A stretch of DNA of 64,000 nt from Hypanus sabinus (taxonomy: Eukaryota). The position numbers and the translations under genes were made by a program. Shown here one piece after another: positions 48,106 through 61,600 of the stretch (position 1 is its first letter; every line of letters begins with the position of its first letter). A model generated the notes under the pieces. That model was not told the origin of the DNA, searched no databases, and worked only from the letters and a program-made list of their open reading frames with translations. The stretch is from assembly GCF_030144855.1 (NCBI RefSeq), contig NC_082714.1, positions 80,724,001-80,788,000 of the forward strand, in the 5' to 3' direction.

Positions 48106-50072
48106 TTGTGTCTGATCTCAGGAGTGTATGATTGGATAGTATAGAGGGAGTTTCACTCTGTATCTGACTCCGGGAGTGTGTGATGGGACGGTGTGGAGGG
48201 AGTTTCACTCTGTGTCTGACCCCAGGAGTGTGTGATGGGACGGTGTGGAGGGAGTTTCACTCTGTGTCTGACCCCAGGAGTGTGTGATGGGACAGTGTGG
48301 AGGGAGTTTCACTCTGTGTCTGACCCCGGGAGTGTGTGATGAGACAGTGTGGAGGGAGATTCACTCTGTGTCTGACCCCGGGAGTGGGTGATGGGACGGT
48401 GTGGAGGGAGTTTCACTCTGTGTCTGACCCCAGGAGTGTGTGATGGGACAGTGTGGAGGGAGTTTCACTCTGTGTCTGACCCCGGGAGTGTGTGATGGGA
48501 CGGTGTGGAGGGAGTTTCATTCTGTGTCTGACCCCGGGAGTGTGTGATGGGACGGTGTGGGAGGGAGATTCACTCTGTGTCTGACCCTGGGAGTGTGTGA
48601 TGGGACGGTGTGGAGGGAGTTTCACTCTGTGTCTGACCCCGGGAGTGTGTGATGGGATGGTGGAGAGGGAATTTCACTCTGTGTCTGACCCCGGGAGTGT
48701 GTGATGGGACGGTGTGGGAGGGAGATTCACTCTGTGTCTGACCCTGGGAGTGTGTGATGGGACGGTGTGGAGGGAGTTTCACTCTGTGTCTGACCCCGGG
48801 AGTGTGTGATGGGATGGTGGAGAGGGAATTTCACTCTGTGTCTGACCCCGGGAGTGTGTGATGGGATGGTGTGGGAGGGAGATCCACTCTGTGTCTGACC
48901 CTGGGAGTGTGTGATGGGACGGTGGAGAGGGAATTTCACTCTGTGTCTGACCCCGGGAGTGTGTGATGGGATGGTGTGGGAGGGAGATTCACTCTGTGTC
49001 TGACCCTGGGAGTGTGTGATGGGACGGTGTGGAGGGAGTTTCACTCTGTGTCTGACCCCGGGAGTGTGTGATGGGACGGTGTGGAGGGAGTTTCATTCTG
49101 TGTCTGACCCCGGGAGTGTGTGATGGGACGGTGTGGGAGGGAGATTCACTCTGTGTCTGACCCCGGGAGTGTGTGATGGGACGGTGTGGAGGGAGTTTCA
49201 TTCTGTGTCTGACCCCGGGAGTGTGTGATGGGACGGTGTGGAGGGAGTTTCACTCTGTGTCTGACCCCGGGAGTGTGTGATGGGATGGTGGAGAGGGAAT
49301 TTCACTCTGTGTCTGACCCCGGGAGTGTGTGATGGGACGGTGTGGGAGGGAGATTCACTCTGTGTCTGACCCTGGGAGTGTGTGATGGGACGGTGTGGAG
49401 GGAGTTTCACTCTGTGTCTGACCCCGGGAGTGTGTGATGGGATGGTGGAGAGGGAATTTCACTCTGTGTCTGACCCCGGGAGTGTGTGATGGGATGGTGT
49501 GGGAGTGAGATTCACTCTGTGTCTGACCCTGGGAGTGTGTGATGGGACGGTGTGGAGGGAGTTTCACTCTGTGTCTGACCCCGGGAGTGTGTGATGGGAC
49601 AGTGTGGAGGGAGTTTCACTCTGTGTCTGACCCCGGGAGTGTGTGATGGGACGGTGTAGAGGGAGTTTCACTCTGTGTCTGACCCCGGGAGTGTGTGATG
49701 GGACGGTGTAGAGGGAGTTTCACTCTGTGTCTGACCCCGGGAGTGTGTGATGGGATGGTGTAGAGGGAGTTTCACTCTGTGTCTGACCCCGGGAGTGTGT
49801 GATGGGACAGTGTGGAGGGATTTTCACTCTTGTGTCCGACCCCGGGAGTGTGTGATGGGACAGTGTAGAGGGATTTTCACTCTTGTGTCCGACCCCGGGA
49901 GTGTGTGATGGGACGGTGTAGAGGGATTTTCACTCTGTGTCCGACCCCGGGAGTGTGTGATGGGATGGTGTGGAGGGATTTTCACTCTGTGTCCGACCCC
50001 GGGAGTGTGTGATGGGACGGTGTGGAGGGAGTTTCACTCTGTGTTGACCCCGGGAGTATGTGATGGGATGGT
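48105..50072 (+). repeat. 52-bp minisatellite, ~38 copies, with 157-bp trimer substructure
   Basis: Same unit and orientation as 15058-16262; 52/53-bp variants recur at 157-bp spacing (48413, 48570, 48727). Confidence 0.97.
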
Positions 50073-50132
50073 ACAGACTGAGCCCCTGAACGTCCATATC
50101 TGATCTCTCTATCATTCTTTCTCCCTCTGCAG

Positions 50133-50502
50133 GCTGGACCATGACCCACAGCCGACATCGGAGCAATCCCAGACACCGGTGCTGGCCCCCGTGGGGAGGT
50201 GCCTGCGCAACTTCATCACGTTCAGCGATGACGCCACCTTTGAACGAGCCTTCCCCAAGGCCAAGCTGCCTCGGGTTCCGGCCCGCGAGCTCTGCCCCGT
50301 CACCCATAAGCCAGCCCTCTACCGTGACCCCATCACCGACATCCCGTACGCCAACACCCGGGCTTTCAAGATCATTCGCGAAGCCTACAAGAAGTACATC
50401 ACGGCGCATGGGCTGCCCAGCTCGCAGGGTAGCTCACAGCCCGAGCAGGCTGGCCGCAACCGCCAGAGGATCATCATCAAACAGGCGGCACCCCCAACCT
50501 GA
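50133..50502 (+). CDS. VPS72: VPS72 exon 6 (YL1-C domain), terminal coding exon
   Basis: tgcag|(G)LDHDPQ...RNFITFSDDATF...CPVTHKPALYRDPITDIPYANTRAFKIIREAYKKYITAHGLP...RQRIIIKQAAPPT*; 370 nt. Exons total 1095 nt. Confidence 0.97.
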
Positions 50503-50918
50503 AGGGAGAGGGGAGTGTTGGGGTGGGGGCTGTATGGGAGGGGAGTACTTTCTGGCCCCCTCCCACTCTCCCTCTGATCCGAAGAAAGATGTATCATCAC
50601 TTCCTGGGACGGTGTAGGGGGAAGCTTCACTCTTCATCTGAACACGTGAGTGTGTGATGAGACTGGATGGAGGGAGCTTCAGTCTGTGCCTGAAGTCCTG
50701 GGAGTGTGTAATAGGACTTGTAGAGGTCCCAGAACTCTAGGCTCCCAACTACTCTATGACTGACCCCAAGAGTACGAGATGGGACAGTGTAGAGGGAGCT
50801 TCACTCTGTCTGGTTGAGTTTGTCACATCCACCTGCCAGGGGCAGTGTGTGGCAGAAATAACAATCCTTTTTATATTCACAGCCTACCTTTATGCCCCTA
50901 AAAATGTCATTTTTAAAT

Positions 50919-50924
50919 AATAAA
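50919..50924 (+). terminator. Probable VPS72 polyadenylation signal AATAAA
   Basis: AATAAA about 420 nt after the stop codon, with GT/T-rich sequence downstream. Confidence 0.6.
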
Positions 50925-52419
50925 TCTACAAAATGATTACAAGTTGTTCCTCTTTGTAAAAACTTGTAGGTTCTACCGCTGAAGATATTTTGGAACTTTC
51001 TGAGATTGCAGTGAATGATGGTGGAAACTTTGCAAAATCCTCCTAGAACAGTGTGAAGGAGAGAGGTTCAAGGTCTAGCCCTGGGACAGATATTCCCCTG
51101 TTATTCAAGTCACCTTTCAAAGACCAGGAGCCCTTCTGTTCCTCAGTTTCCTGCTTGGATCTGGATGCAGTCTATATCTGGAGTAGCATGGGGCTATGGC
51201 TGCCTTACACCGAGAGCTCTCCCAGTTTACAGTCTCCCATTTCCCAGAGGAACCCTCCCCCCCATTGTAACTGCCCATGGGTTTGTGAATGGTCGAGGCT
51301 TCCATTTTTCTTAACCTTTTTGTCCATTCCATTCCATGCAGGACAGAAACAGAACCCACAGGGTCCACGCTGTCTGAGCTGATTTCAATTTAATCTCCCC
51401 ACCGTTCCACCCCTCACCCACACACGACAGGGGGTTGCACACAGCAGCCTATTAACCCACCAACTCTGGATGTCATTATGTTCTGGCAGGGAAAGTAAAC
51501 TCAGTTTTAAATTCTAGGCACGTGTGTGCGCTCATTTGTACACACACAGACATACGTAGCAGCAGAGATCAGGATCGAACCTGGAACCTTAAAGCTGTGA
51601 GGCAGCGACTCCACCTGCCGCGCCAACTTGGGGTACGGGTGGCAGTGGAGGAGTAAATTATTGGGTTACAAATCAGACTGGATTCAGAAGGGTAAAACTG
51701 TAATTGCCTCACACTTGTCCACCAACCTTGGATTACTGAATGAATGTTTTTTTAAAGAGCACCACCATCATCCCCAAGTTAGTGTAACAAAATCTCAACT
51801 TGTAAAAGAACACTACCTTTGAACGCTGTACCTCGGGTATCACTCCAAGAAATCTAGTTGTGCATCTATAAGATTGAGATATGTGTTTTGTTTGTTTGGA
51901 TTCAGAATTGGTTTGCCCATAGATGACAGAGGCAGTAGTGGAGGGGTGTCCGCTGACCAGAGCTGAGCCACAGGGATCAGTGTTGGGACCTCTGATGTTT
52001 TTTGAAATCTTTAAATGACGTGGAGTTAGATGTAGATGATGAGTTAGTAACTTAGCAGGTGACACAAAGGTTAGTGGTGGTGTGGACAGTGAAGGTTGTC
52101 AAAGGATACGGCAGGATATAGATTGATTATTGACATGAAAGATGGAGTTTAATCCACACAAGTGTGAGGTATTGCACTTTGGCAGGACATTTAACACCAT
52201 GGGTGTACAGAGGAACATTAGGGTTCAAGGCCAGGTCTGGAAGGCAAGGCCTATTGGCTGAAGCCAAATCTGTGAATCTCTGCCCGTCTGCTGGGGAGAT
52301 CAAGGCCTGGTGTCTTCAGGCCCAAGTCTGTGTCTGCTGGAGGGCTGTCCTGGGCTTAAAGGGCTGTGGACGTGCTTGGGAGGGAGCGAGGAACAGGACT
52401 TGTTTTTGTTGTTGGTTGC

Positions 52420-54712
52420 TTGCCGATGTACAGGCGGAAGCTAAAACAAGAGGCGGCCATAGTTAAAACTGTCCACTTTGGGTCCGACCAGTTGGCCTCC
52501 ATGCTGCGACACTGCTTTGATGACGTCAACCGGAATGTCTTCCATGATGAGGATGTCTCCAAGTTCACTTGCTTCATCCGGAAGTGCATCGACGATGTTC
52601 CCCAGAAGTCAGTCAGGATCTTCCGAACCCGAAACCCTGGATCGATAGTTCCGTGCGAGCAGCACTTACAGCGCGACATCGAGTTTACATCGCTGACGAT
52701 CAACTAGAGCTGAAGAAAAGCAGCTATGTTCTGCACAAAGCTATCAAGACTGAAAAACAACAATATAGGGAGAAGACTGAGTCAAGATTCACAACGAATA
52801 GCACATGTGACTTGTGGCGAGGGCATACCATCGCAGACTTTGAAGCCAAGCGTCGTGCTGCTGCCAAGTACAAGAGGACATGGCTTTAAAGTAAGGGGAG
52901 GGAAGTTCAAGGGGGATATTGGAAGGGTTTTCACTCAGAGAGTGGTTGGTGCGTGGAATGCACTGCCTGAGACAGTGGTGGAGGCAGATACACTAGTGAA
53001 GTTTAAGAGACTACTAGACAGGTATATGGAGGTTATATGGGAGGCAGGGTTTGAGGGTCGGCACAACATTGTGGGCCGAAGAGCCTGTAATGTGCTGTAC
53101 TATTCTATGTTCTATGTTAACATAGCAGTCTCTTTGCCAGGTGAGCTCAATCGCTTTTACACTCGATTCAATGTCGCTAACTCAGTCTCCGAGGAAAGCC
53201 ACCACTACAACCTGCAACCTGGTCATCTCTGAGGCTGGGGTACGCAGATATTTCCAATGCGTGGACAGTCACAAGGCTGTGGGACCAGACGGCATCCCAG
53301 GGCGAGTACTCAGGATGTGCGCAGCACAACTGGCAGGTGTGTTTACAGACATTTTTAATCTCTCCCTCCCCCAGTGTAGAGTGCCCTCCTGCTTCAAATT
53401 ATCCTTCATTATCCCTGTACCAAAAAAGATAAAGGACAGACTGGCATCCGGTCGCACTCACCTCAATAATAAGCAAATGCTTTGAGAGGCTGGTCAAGGA
53501 TTACATCTACAGCTTGTTACCACCCACACTGGACCCCCTACAATCCGCCTACCGACACAACCGATCGACAGATGACGCAATAATCACTGTCCTTACACAT
53601 CTGGTGAAAAAGGATGCTTATGTGAGAATGCTGTTGGACTACAGTTCAGCACTCAACACCATAATTCCATTCAGGCTCGACAAGAAGCTCAGAGACCCTG
53701 GCCTTCACCCTGCCTTGTGCAGCTGGACCCTGGACTTCCTGTCAGGTCACTAGCAGGTTGCAAGAGCGGGCTCCCTCACCTCCACCCCTCTGAGTTTCAA
53801 AGCAGGAGCCCCTCAGGGCTGTGTATTGAGTCCCCTCCTTTACTCCCTGTACACCCATGACTGTATCACCACCCACAGCTCCAATCTGCTAATTAAATTT
53901 GCCGATGACACTACATTTATTGGCCTTGTCTCAAAACAAGGTGGCCCACAGGGAGGAAGTCATCTCTCTGACCTCCACAGTGGTGTCAAGAAAACAACCT
54001 CTCCCTCGACATCGCAAACACAAAGGAGCTGGTTGTGGATTAGAGGAGGAATGGAGACAGGCATCAATGGATCTGGGGTTGAGAGAGTAAACAGCTTCAG
54101 GTTCCTCAGCATCCACATCACCGAGGACCTCACGTGGTCTGTACACACCGGCTGTGTGGGGAAAAAGGCACAACAGCACCTCTTTCACCTCAGACGGTTG
54201 AGGGAGTTTGGTATGGGCCCCCAAATCCTCGGAACTTTCCACAGGGGAGCAATTGAGAGCATCCTGACTGGCTGCATCACTGCCTGGTATGGGAACTGTA
54301 CTTCCCTCAATCGCAGGACTCTGCAGAGAGTGGTGCGGACAGCCCAGCACATCTGTAGATGTGAACTTCTCATGATTTAGGACATTTACAAAGACAGGTG
54401 TGTTTTAAAAAAAAGCCTGTAGGATCATTGGGGACCTGAGTCACTCCAACCACAATCTATTCCAGCTACTACCATCCGGGAAACAATACCGCTGCATTAA
54501 AGCCAGGATCAACAGGTTCCGGGATAGTTTCTTCCACCAGGCCATCAGACCGATGAACTCACACTGATTTGCATGTACTCTATATTAGATTGACTGTTCT
54601 ATTTATTATAAATTACTATGATTGCACGTGGCACATTTAGATGGAGACGTAACATAGTAATTTTTACTCATGTATGTGAAGGATGTAAGAAATAAAGTCA
54701 ATTCAATTCAAT
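52420..54712 (+). mobile_element. Rex1/Babar-like LINE, decayed, with a young CR1 3' fragment inserted at ~52860-53116
   Basis: [54 protein letters not shown] and SPLLYSLYTHDC...KFADDTT; tail aataaagtcaattcaattcaat. Confidence 0.9.
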
Positions 54713-55129
54713 TTGTGTTCTGAACAACATAGCACACCCTCGAGTGGTTAATGCAAACAATACATTTCACTGTTTTGAGGAACTTTGAATCATAGTTCTG
54801 TCCAAGGTAAAGAAGGCATATGGCATGCTTGCCTGCATTGGTCAGGGCATTGAGTTCGAGAGACAGGAACACAGAAGGTTCTGCGGATGTTGGAAATCCA
54901 GAACATCACACACATAATGTCACTGGCACAGATGCTGCCTGACCTGAGACGGGAAGATGCGTTGCAGTTGCATGAAACTTTGTGCAGGCCGCACTTGGTA
55001 TTGCATGTGATTCTGGATGCACTGTTACAAGGAAGGGTGTGGAAGCTTTGGAGAGGGAGCAGAAGAGATTCACTAGGATGCTCCTACATTAGAGGGCATG
55101 AGCTATAAGGAGAATTTGGACAAACTTGG

Positions 55130-56170
55130 CAGCACACTCAAAATGCTGGAGGAATCGGCAGGCCAGGCAGCGTCTATGGAAAAGAGTAAACAGTCGGCAT
55201 TTCAGGCCGAGACCCTTCATCAGGATGGGAGAAAAATGAGGAGTCAGAGTAAGAAGGTTGAGGGGGGGTGAAAAGTATGAGTTAGTAGGTAATAGGTTAA
55301 ACTGGGAGGGAAAGGGTGAAGCAGAGAGCTGGAAGTTGATTGGTGAAAGAGATGAGCTGGAGAAGGGAAAATGATAGGAGAGGACAGAAGGCTGTGGAAG
55401 AAAGGGAAGGGGAGGAGCACTAGAGGGGGTGAAGGGCAGGTAAGGAGATGTGAGAGAGGGAAGGGAATGGAAATGGTGGGGTGGGGGAAAATGGAGAAGC
55501 AATTCCAAATGTTTAAGAAATCGATGTACATGCCATCAGATTTGAGGCTACTCAGATGGAATATAAGGTGTTGCTCCTCCAATATGAGTGTGGCCTCATC
55601 TTGGCAGTAGAGGAGGCCATGGACTGATATGTTGGGATGGGAATGAAAAGTAGAATTGGACTGGGTGGTCACCGGGAGATTCCTCTTTCTGTCCTAAGGA
55701 GGGAAGGTGCTCGGCAAAGCGGTCTCCCAATCTGCATCCAGTCTCACCAATATACAGGATGCCGTACTGGGAGCACTGGGTACAGTAGATGACCCCAACA
55801 GTCAGGTGAAGTGTTGTGTCACCTGGAAGGGCTAGTGAGGGAGGAGGTGTAGGGTAGAGTGTGGCACTTGCTCTGCTTGCAAGGATAAGTGCCAGGAGGG
55901 AGAGGCGAACGGACTAGGGAGTGATCGATGTGGAAATTGTGTGTGGCGGGGGATGCCATGGGAAGTTACAGAGAATTATGTGCTGGAAGCGGAGGCTGGT
56001 GGGGTGGTAGGTGAGGACAAGAGGAACCCTATCCCTGGTGGAGCGGAGGGAGGGAATCCCCTTTCTTTGCAGAGGGAGAACATCTCCTTTATTCTGGAAT
56101 GAAAAGCCTCATCTTGAGAGCAGATGCGGCTGAGATGGAGGGTCTTGAGAGAAAGGGGTGGCTATAGTCC
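55130..56170 (-). mobile_element. Penelope-like element 3' part, decayed
   Basis: SHPNISVHGLLYCQDEATLILEEQHLIFHLSSLKSDGMYIDF, homologous to the GIY-YIG C-terminus at 2257-2715; terminal hammerhead motif. Confidence 0.85.
55191..55228 (-). ncRNA. Minimal hammerhead ribozyme motif (mutated copy)
   Basis: Reverse complement reads atc-CTGATGA-agggtctcggcct-GAAA-tgccgactg. Confidence 0.55.
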
Positions 56171-56471
56171 AGGTAGCTGTGAGGGTTTGTGAGTGGACAA
56201 ACTTGGAGCGCGGGAGGCTGAAGTGAGTCGGGGTACATGCTTTAATGTTTCAGTGTCTTCAACCCTACTGGAGGTGCGGTGAAGAGGGTGGAGAAATATC
56301 CTGCTCTCGAGGGGTCTTATCAGAAAGAATATTTAATAGGAAAGGTTTTCTGTGATATGGGTCAAATACAGATGAATGGAACTTGCTTAGATGGAAACTA
56401 AGCCACACCACATGACTAGACAACCGTCCCGAGCTCTCCTTTGGGACGCGGTGCAGAGAACGGGTTTACCT

Positions 56472-56490
56472 CAGCCGCCAGATGGCGCCT
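56472..56490 (+). promoter_or_regulatory. CTCF-like binding site in a small CpG-rich patch
   Basis: cagCCGCCAGATGGCGCct matches the CTCF core CCnCnAGrkGGCrs. Confidence 0.6.
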
Positions 56491-57109
56491 CCCCACCACA
56501 GCCAGCACGGGTCACCTCGCCTCTGCTGAGCAGACAGTTCTGCCGCCGGCCGGACTTGTTGACCAGACCTTTCCTCTTCCACCGGCACCGGGGGGTAAGC
56601 CCTTTCAAATTACTTCTGCTAACTTTAAACCAAAACTTTCTTTCTTGCAATCGGCTGCCTTCCTCCCCGGTTGCATTTAGTATCACGTTTTCTGCAGCTA
56701 CGAGCCTGACAGATTATTTTAAACTTGCAAACAGGTATTTCCACGCGATCTCGGGCGTGGAATGAAAGAGGCGGACCCTAACTCCCGGACTCGATGCAAT
56801 TAATTTTATAGAGTTTGCAAAAGCAAGTTTTATATTGCTGTATTTCAGTTTTAAGTTGTTTATCAATTTATCAGGATGTGTGTTACTGTAGCATCAGCAA
56901 ATCGAAACCGTGTAGTGGGGAATTTGTCATTTCGCCTCTCTTGGTGCTGTGCTGTTATAGCCCCCACCCCCGTCTCCAATCCCTCCATGGGAGGAGGGGT
57001 GAGGGCTCCCCAGTTTGGTTATTGTGTAATGCCGCTCTCCTACTCGGTTATTAATGGACTAACAGCTCTGCGAGGCTTGTTCACCAGACGTGTATACAGA
57101 GAAGAGAGA

Positions 57110-57960
57110 GAAACATAGAACACAGGACTGAAACCGGCCCTTCGGCCCACTATGCCGAGTTAAGCTCATCTCTTCTGCCTGCCCATATCGCTCCCTTCCC
57201 TGCCGTTTCGTGTGTCTAACAGCCTCATGAACTCCTCTGTGGGATCTGCCTTCACTGCCACATCATTCCGGGCACCACCAGTCTATATGTGCAAAAAAAA
57301 AAGTGCCCTGTATACATCCCCCTTTCAGCCATGCCCTCTAACATTTGACACTTCCACCCTGGGGAGAAAGGTTCTGACTGTCTCCTCGATCTCTGCTTCT
57401 CATAAGTGTATAAACTTCTATCACATCTCCTGTCAGCCTCAGACACCCCAGAGAAAACTAGTTTGTCCAACCTCTCCTTATTGCACATGCCCTCAAGTCC
57501 AGGCAGGGTGAATCTCTTCTGCACCCTCTCCGAAGCCTCCACATCTTTCTTGGAATGGCCAGAACTGCAGGCAGTCTTCCAAATGCAATCTCTTCATAAC
57601 ATCCCATTTTCTACACGCAAAGGTCGGCACGTCAGACCTCATCACCTTGTCACTCCACTTTCAAGCCAGGTGCCCCCTTCGCCCCTTTGTCTCCCTGCAA
57701 CACAAGAATTGTGCACTTGTACCACCAGGTTCCTCTGTTCTACAAGACCCTCCAGGGCACTACGGTTGTGCAAGATTCCCCCACCCCGCCCCTGCTGTAA
57801 TTTATTAAAATGTAATACCTCACACTTTTCCTAGTCAAATTTCATTTGCCATTCCTTGGCCCACTTCCCCAGTTGATCCCAATCCTGTTGTAACCTTAGA
57901 CAACCTTCTTCACAATCCACCGCACTGCCAGTGTTCATGTCGTTGCTCATGCCAAAAACA
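57110..57960 (-). mobile_element. Decayed CR1 3' half
   Basis: EASERVQKRFT.LPGLEGM..KERLDKL; begins with a reverse-complemented CR1 3' UTR. Confidence 0.75.
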
Positions 57961-58695
57961 GCCTCATCCAAACTGTTCATACAAGGCGTGCCTGGCAGGG
58001 ACAGAGGTGTGTGGGTATCTCAAAGGGTCAGAAGAGCGATTTGAATTGGAAGAGCTTTAACCTTAGGTCAATATTCCTTCAAAACCAGGCCCTGACCTCC
58101 TCCCAAAGTGTAACCCAATTAAAGTTCTTAAAGCTTTTGTGGACCACACAGTAACATAGTGGGCAAAGAGCTGTTGCATCACAACAGCAGGAACGTGGGT
58201 TCAAGCTGGACGTTGGCACTGTGTGTACGTCTGGGTGTGTGTGTGTATGCATGCGGAGGTGTGCGGGGGTATGTGCAGTTTGCCTGTTCTCTCTCTCTGA
58301 CCATGTGGGTTTTGCCCAGGTGCTGCAGATCCTGCTGACACCTCGACGAGCACCAGCAGAAACGCACACAGTTAGTTGGCCACTGAATTGTTCCCCACCC
58401 CCTCAGCCCAGTGTGTGCGTGAGTGGAGTTTGGCGGAAAAATGAGCGGATAATAGGAGGATGAGTATAAATAGGTGGTTAATGGTTGGTACAGATTGAGT
58501 GGGCCAAAGGGCCTGTTTTTGTGCTGGATCTCTCTAACTAGAAAGGTGAAGAGGTCTCGGAAGGTTTGAGGATGCATTAGCCTGGCTCCGAGACTCTCAG
58601 AGGCACGCAGCACAGAAATAGGCCCTCTGGCCCAACGGGTCCATCCTGACCAAGTTTCTCATTCTTACCTAGTCCCATTTGCCTACATTTGGCCC

Positions 58696-61600
58696 ATATC
58701 CCTCTAAACCTTTCCTATCCATGTACCTGTCCATATCCCTCTAAACCTTTCCTATCCGTGTACCTGACCATATTCCTCTGAACCTTTCCTATCCATGTAC
58801 CTGTCCATATCCCTCCAAACCTTTCCTATCCATGTACCTGTCCATATCCCTCTAAACCTTTCCTATCTGTGTACCTGTCCACATCCCTCTAAACCTTTCC
58901 TATCCGTGTAACTGCCAACATCCCTCCAAACCTTTCCAATCCATGTACCTGTCCGTATCCCTCTAAACCTTTCCTATCCATGTACTTGTCCGTATCCCTC
59001 TAAACCTTTCCTATCCATGTACCTGTCCGTATCCCTCTAAACCTTTCCTATCCATGTACCTGTCCGTATCCCTCTAAACCTTTCCTATCTGTGTACCTGT
59101 CTGTATCCCTCGAAACCTTTCCTATCCGTGTACCTGTCCATATCCCTCTAAACCTTTCCTATCCGTGTACCTGTCCATATCCCTCTAAACCTTTCCTATC
59201 CGTGTACCTGTCCATATCCCTCTAAACCTTTCCTATCTGTGTACCTGTCCGTATCCCTCTAAACCTTTCCTATCCATGTACCTGTCCACATGTATCCCTC
59301 TAAACCTTTCCTATCTGTGTACCTGTCCACATCCCTCTAAACCTTTCCTATCCGTGTACCTGTCCGTATCCCTCTAAACCTTTCCCATCCGTGTACCTGT
59401 CCGTATCCCTCTAAACCTTTCCTATCCGTGTACCTGTCCGTATCCCTCTAAACCTTTCCTATCTCTGTACCTGTCCACATCCCTCTAAACCTTTCCTATC
59501 CGTGTACCTGTCCGTATCCCTCTAAACCTTTCCTATCTGTGTACCTGTCCGTATCCCTCTGAACCTTTCCTATCTATATACCTGTCCGTATCCCTCTAAA
59601 CTTTCCCTATCCGTGTACCTGTCCATATCCCTCTGAACCTTTCCTATCCGTGTACCTGTCCGTATCCCTCTAAACCTTTCCTATCCGTGTACCTGTCCGT
59701 ATCCCTCTGAACCTTTCCTATCCGTGTACCTGTCCGTATCCCTCTAAACCTTTCCTATCCGTGTACCTGTCTGTATCCCTCTGAACCTTTCCTATCCGTG
59801 TACCTGTCTGTATCCCTCTGAACTTTTCCTATCCGTGTCCCTGTCCGTATCCCTCTGAACCTTTCCTATCCGTGTACCTGTCCGTATCCCTCTAAACCTT
59901 TCCTATCGGTGTCCCTGTCTGTATCCCTCTGAACCTTTCCTATCGGTGTCCCTGTCTGTATCCCTCTGAACCTTTCCTATCCGTGTACCTGTCCGTATCC
60001 CTCTGAACCTTTCCTATCCGTGTACCTGTCCGTATCCCTCTAAACCTTTCCTATCCGTGTACCTGTCCACATCCCTCTAAACCTTTCCTATCTGTGTACC
60101 CGTCCTCATCCCTCTAAACCTTTCCTATCCGTGTACCTGTCCGTATCCCTCTAAACCTTTCCTATCCATGTACCTGTCGACATTTATCCCTCTAAACCTT
60201 TCCTATCTGTGTACCTGTCCACATCCCTCTAAACCTTTCCTATCCGTGTACCTGTCCGTATCCCTCTAAACCTTTACTATCTGTGTACCTGTCTGTATCC
60301 CTCGAAACCTTTCCTATCTGTGTACCTGTCCACATCCCTCTAAACCTTTCCTATCCGTGTACCTGTCAACATCCCTCCAAATCTTTCCTATCCATGTACC
60401 TGTCCGTATCCCTCTAAACCTTTCCTATCCATGTACCTGTCCGTAACCCTCTAAACCTTTCCTATCTCTGTACCTGTCCACATCCCTCTGAACCTTTCCT
60501 ATCTGTGTACCTGTCCATATCCCTCTGAACCTTTCCTATCCGTGTACCTGTCCGTATCCCTCTGAACCTTTCCTATCCGTGTACCTGTCCGTATCCCTCT
60601 GAACCTTTCCTATCCGTGTACCTGTCCGTATCCCTCTAAACCTTTCCTATCTGTGTACCTGTCTGTATCCCTCTGAACCTTTCCTATCCGTGTCCCTGTC
60701 TGTATCCCTCTGAACCTTTCCTATCCGTGTACCTGTCCGTATCCCTCTGAACCTTTCATATCCGTGTACCTGTCCGTATCCCTCTGAACCTTTCCTATCC
60801 GTGTACCTGTCCGTATCCCTCTGAACCTTTCATATCCGTGTACCTGTCCGTATCCCTCTGAACCTTTCCTATCCGTGTACCTGTCCGTATCCCTCCAAAC
60901 CTTTCCTATCCATGTACCTGTCCATATCCCTCTAAACCTTTCCTATCTGTGTACCTGTCCACATCCCTCTAAACCTTTCCTATCCGTGTAACTGTCAACA
61001 TCCCTCCAAACCTTTCCTATCCATGTACCTGTCCGTATCCCTCTAAACCTTTCCTATCCGTGTACCTGTCCGTATCCCTCTAAACCTTTCCTATCCGTGT
61101 AACTGCCAACATCCCTCCAAACCTTTCCTATCCATGTACCTGTCCGTATCCCTCTAAACCTTTCCTATCCATGTACCTGTCCGTATCCCTCTAAACCTTT
61201 CCTATCCATGTACCTGTCCGTATCCCTCTAAACCTTTCCTATCCATGTACCTGTCCGTATCCCTCTAAACCTTTCCTATCTGTGTACCTGTCTGTATCCC
61301 TCGAAACCTTTCCTATCCGTGTACCTGTCCATATCCCTCTAAACCTTTCCTATCCGTGTACCTGTCCATATCCCTCTAAACCTTTCCTATCCGTGTACCT
61401 GTCCATATCCCTCTAAACCTTTCCTATCTGTGTACCTGTCCGTATCCCTCTAAACCTTTCCTATCCATGTACCTGTCCACATGTATCCCTCTAAACCTTT
61501 CCTATCTGTGTACCTGTCCACATCCCTCTAAACCTTTCCTATCCGTGTACCTGTCCGTATCCCTCTAAACCTTTCCCATCCGTGTACCTGTCCGTATCCC

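Noticed and set aside
48413-49567. Series of near-identical 70-aa ORFs
   Set aside because: Artefacts of the 52-bp array and its 157-bp periodicity.
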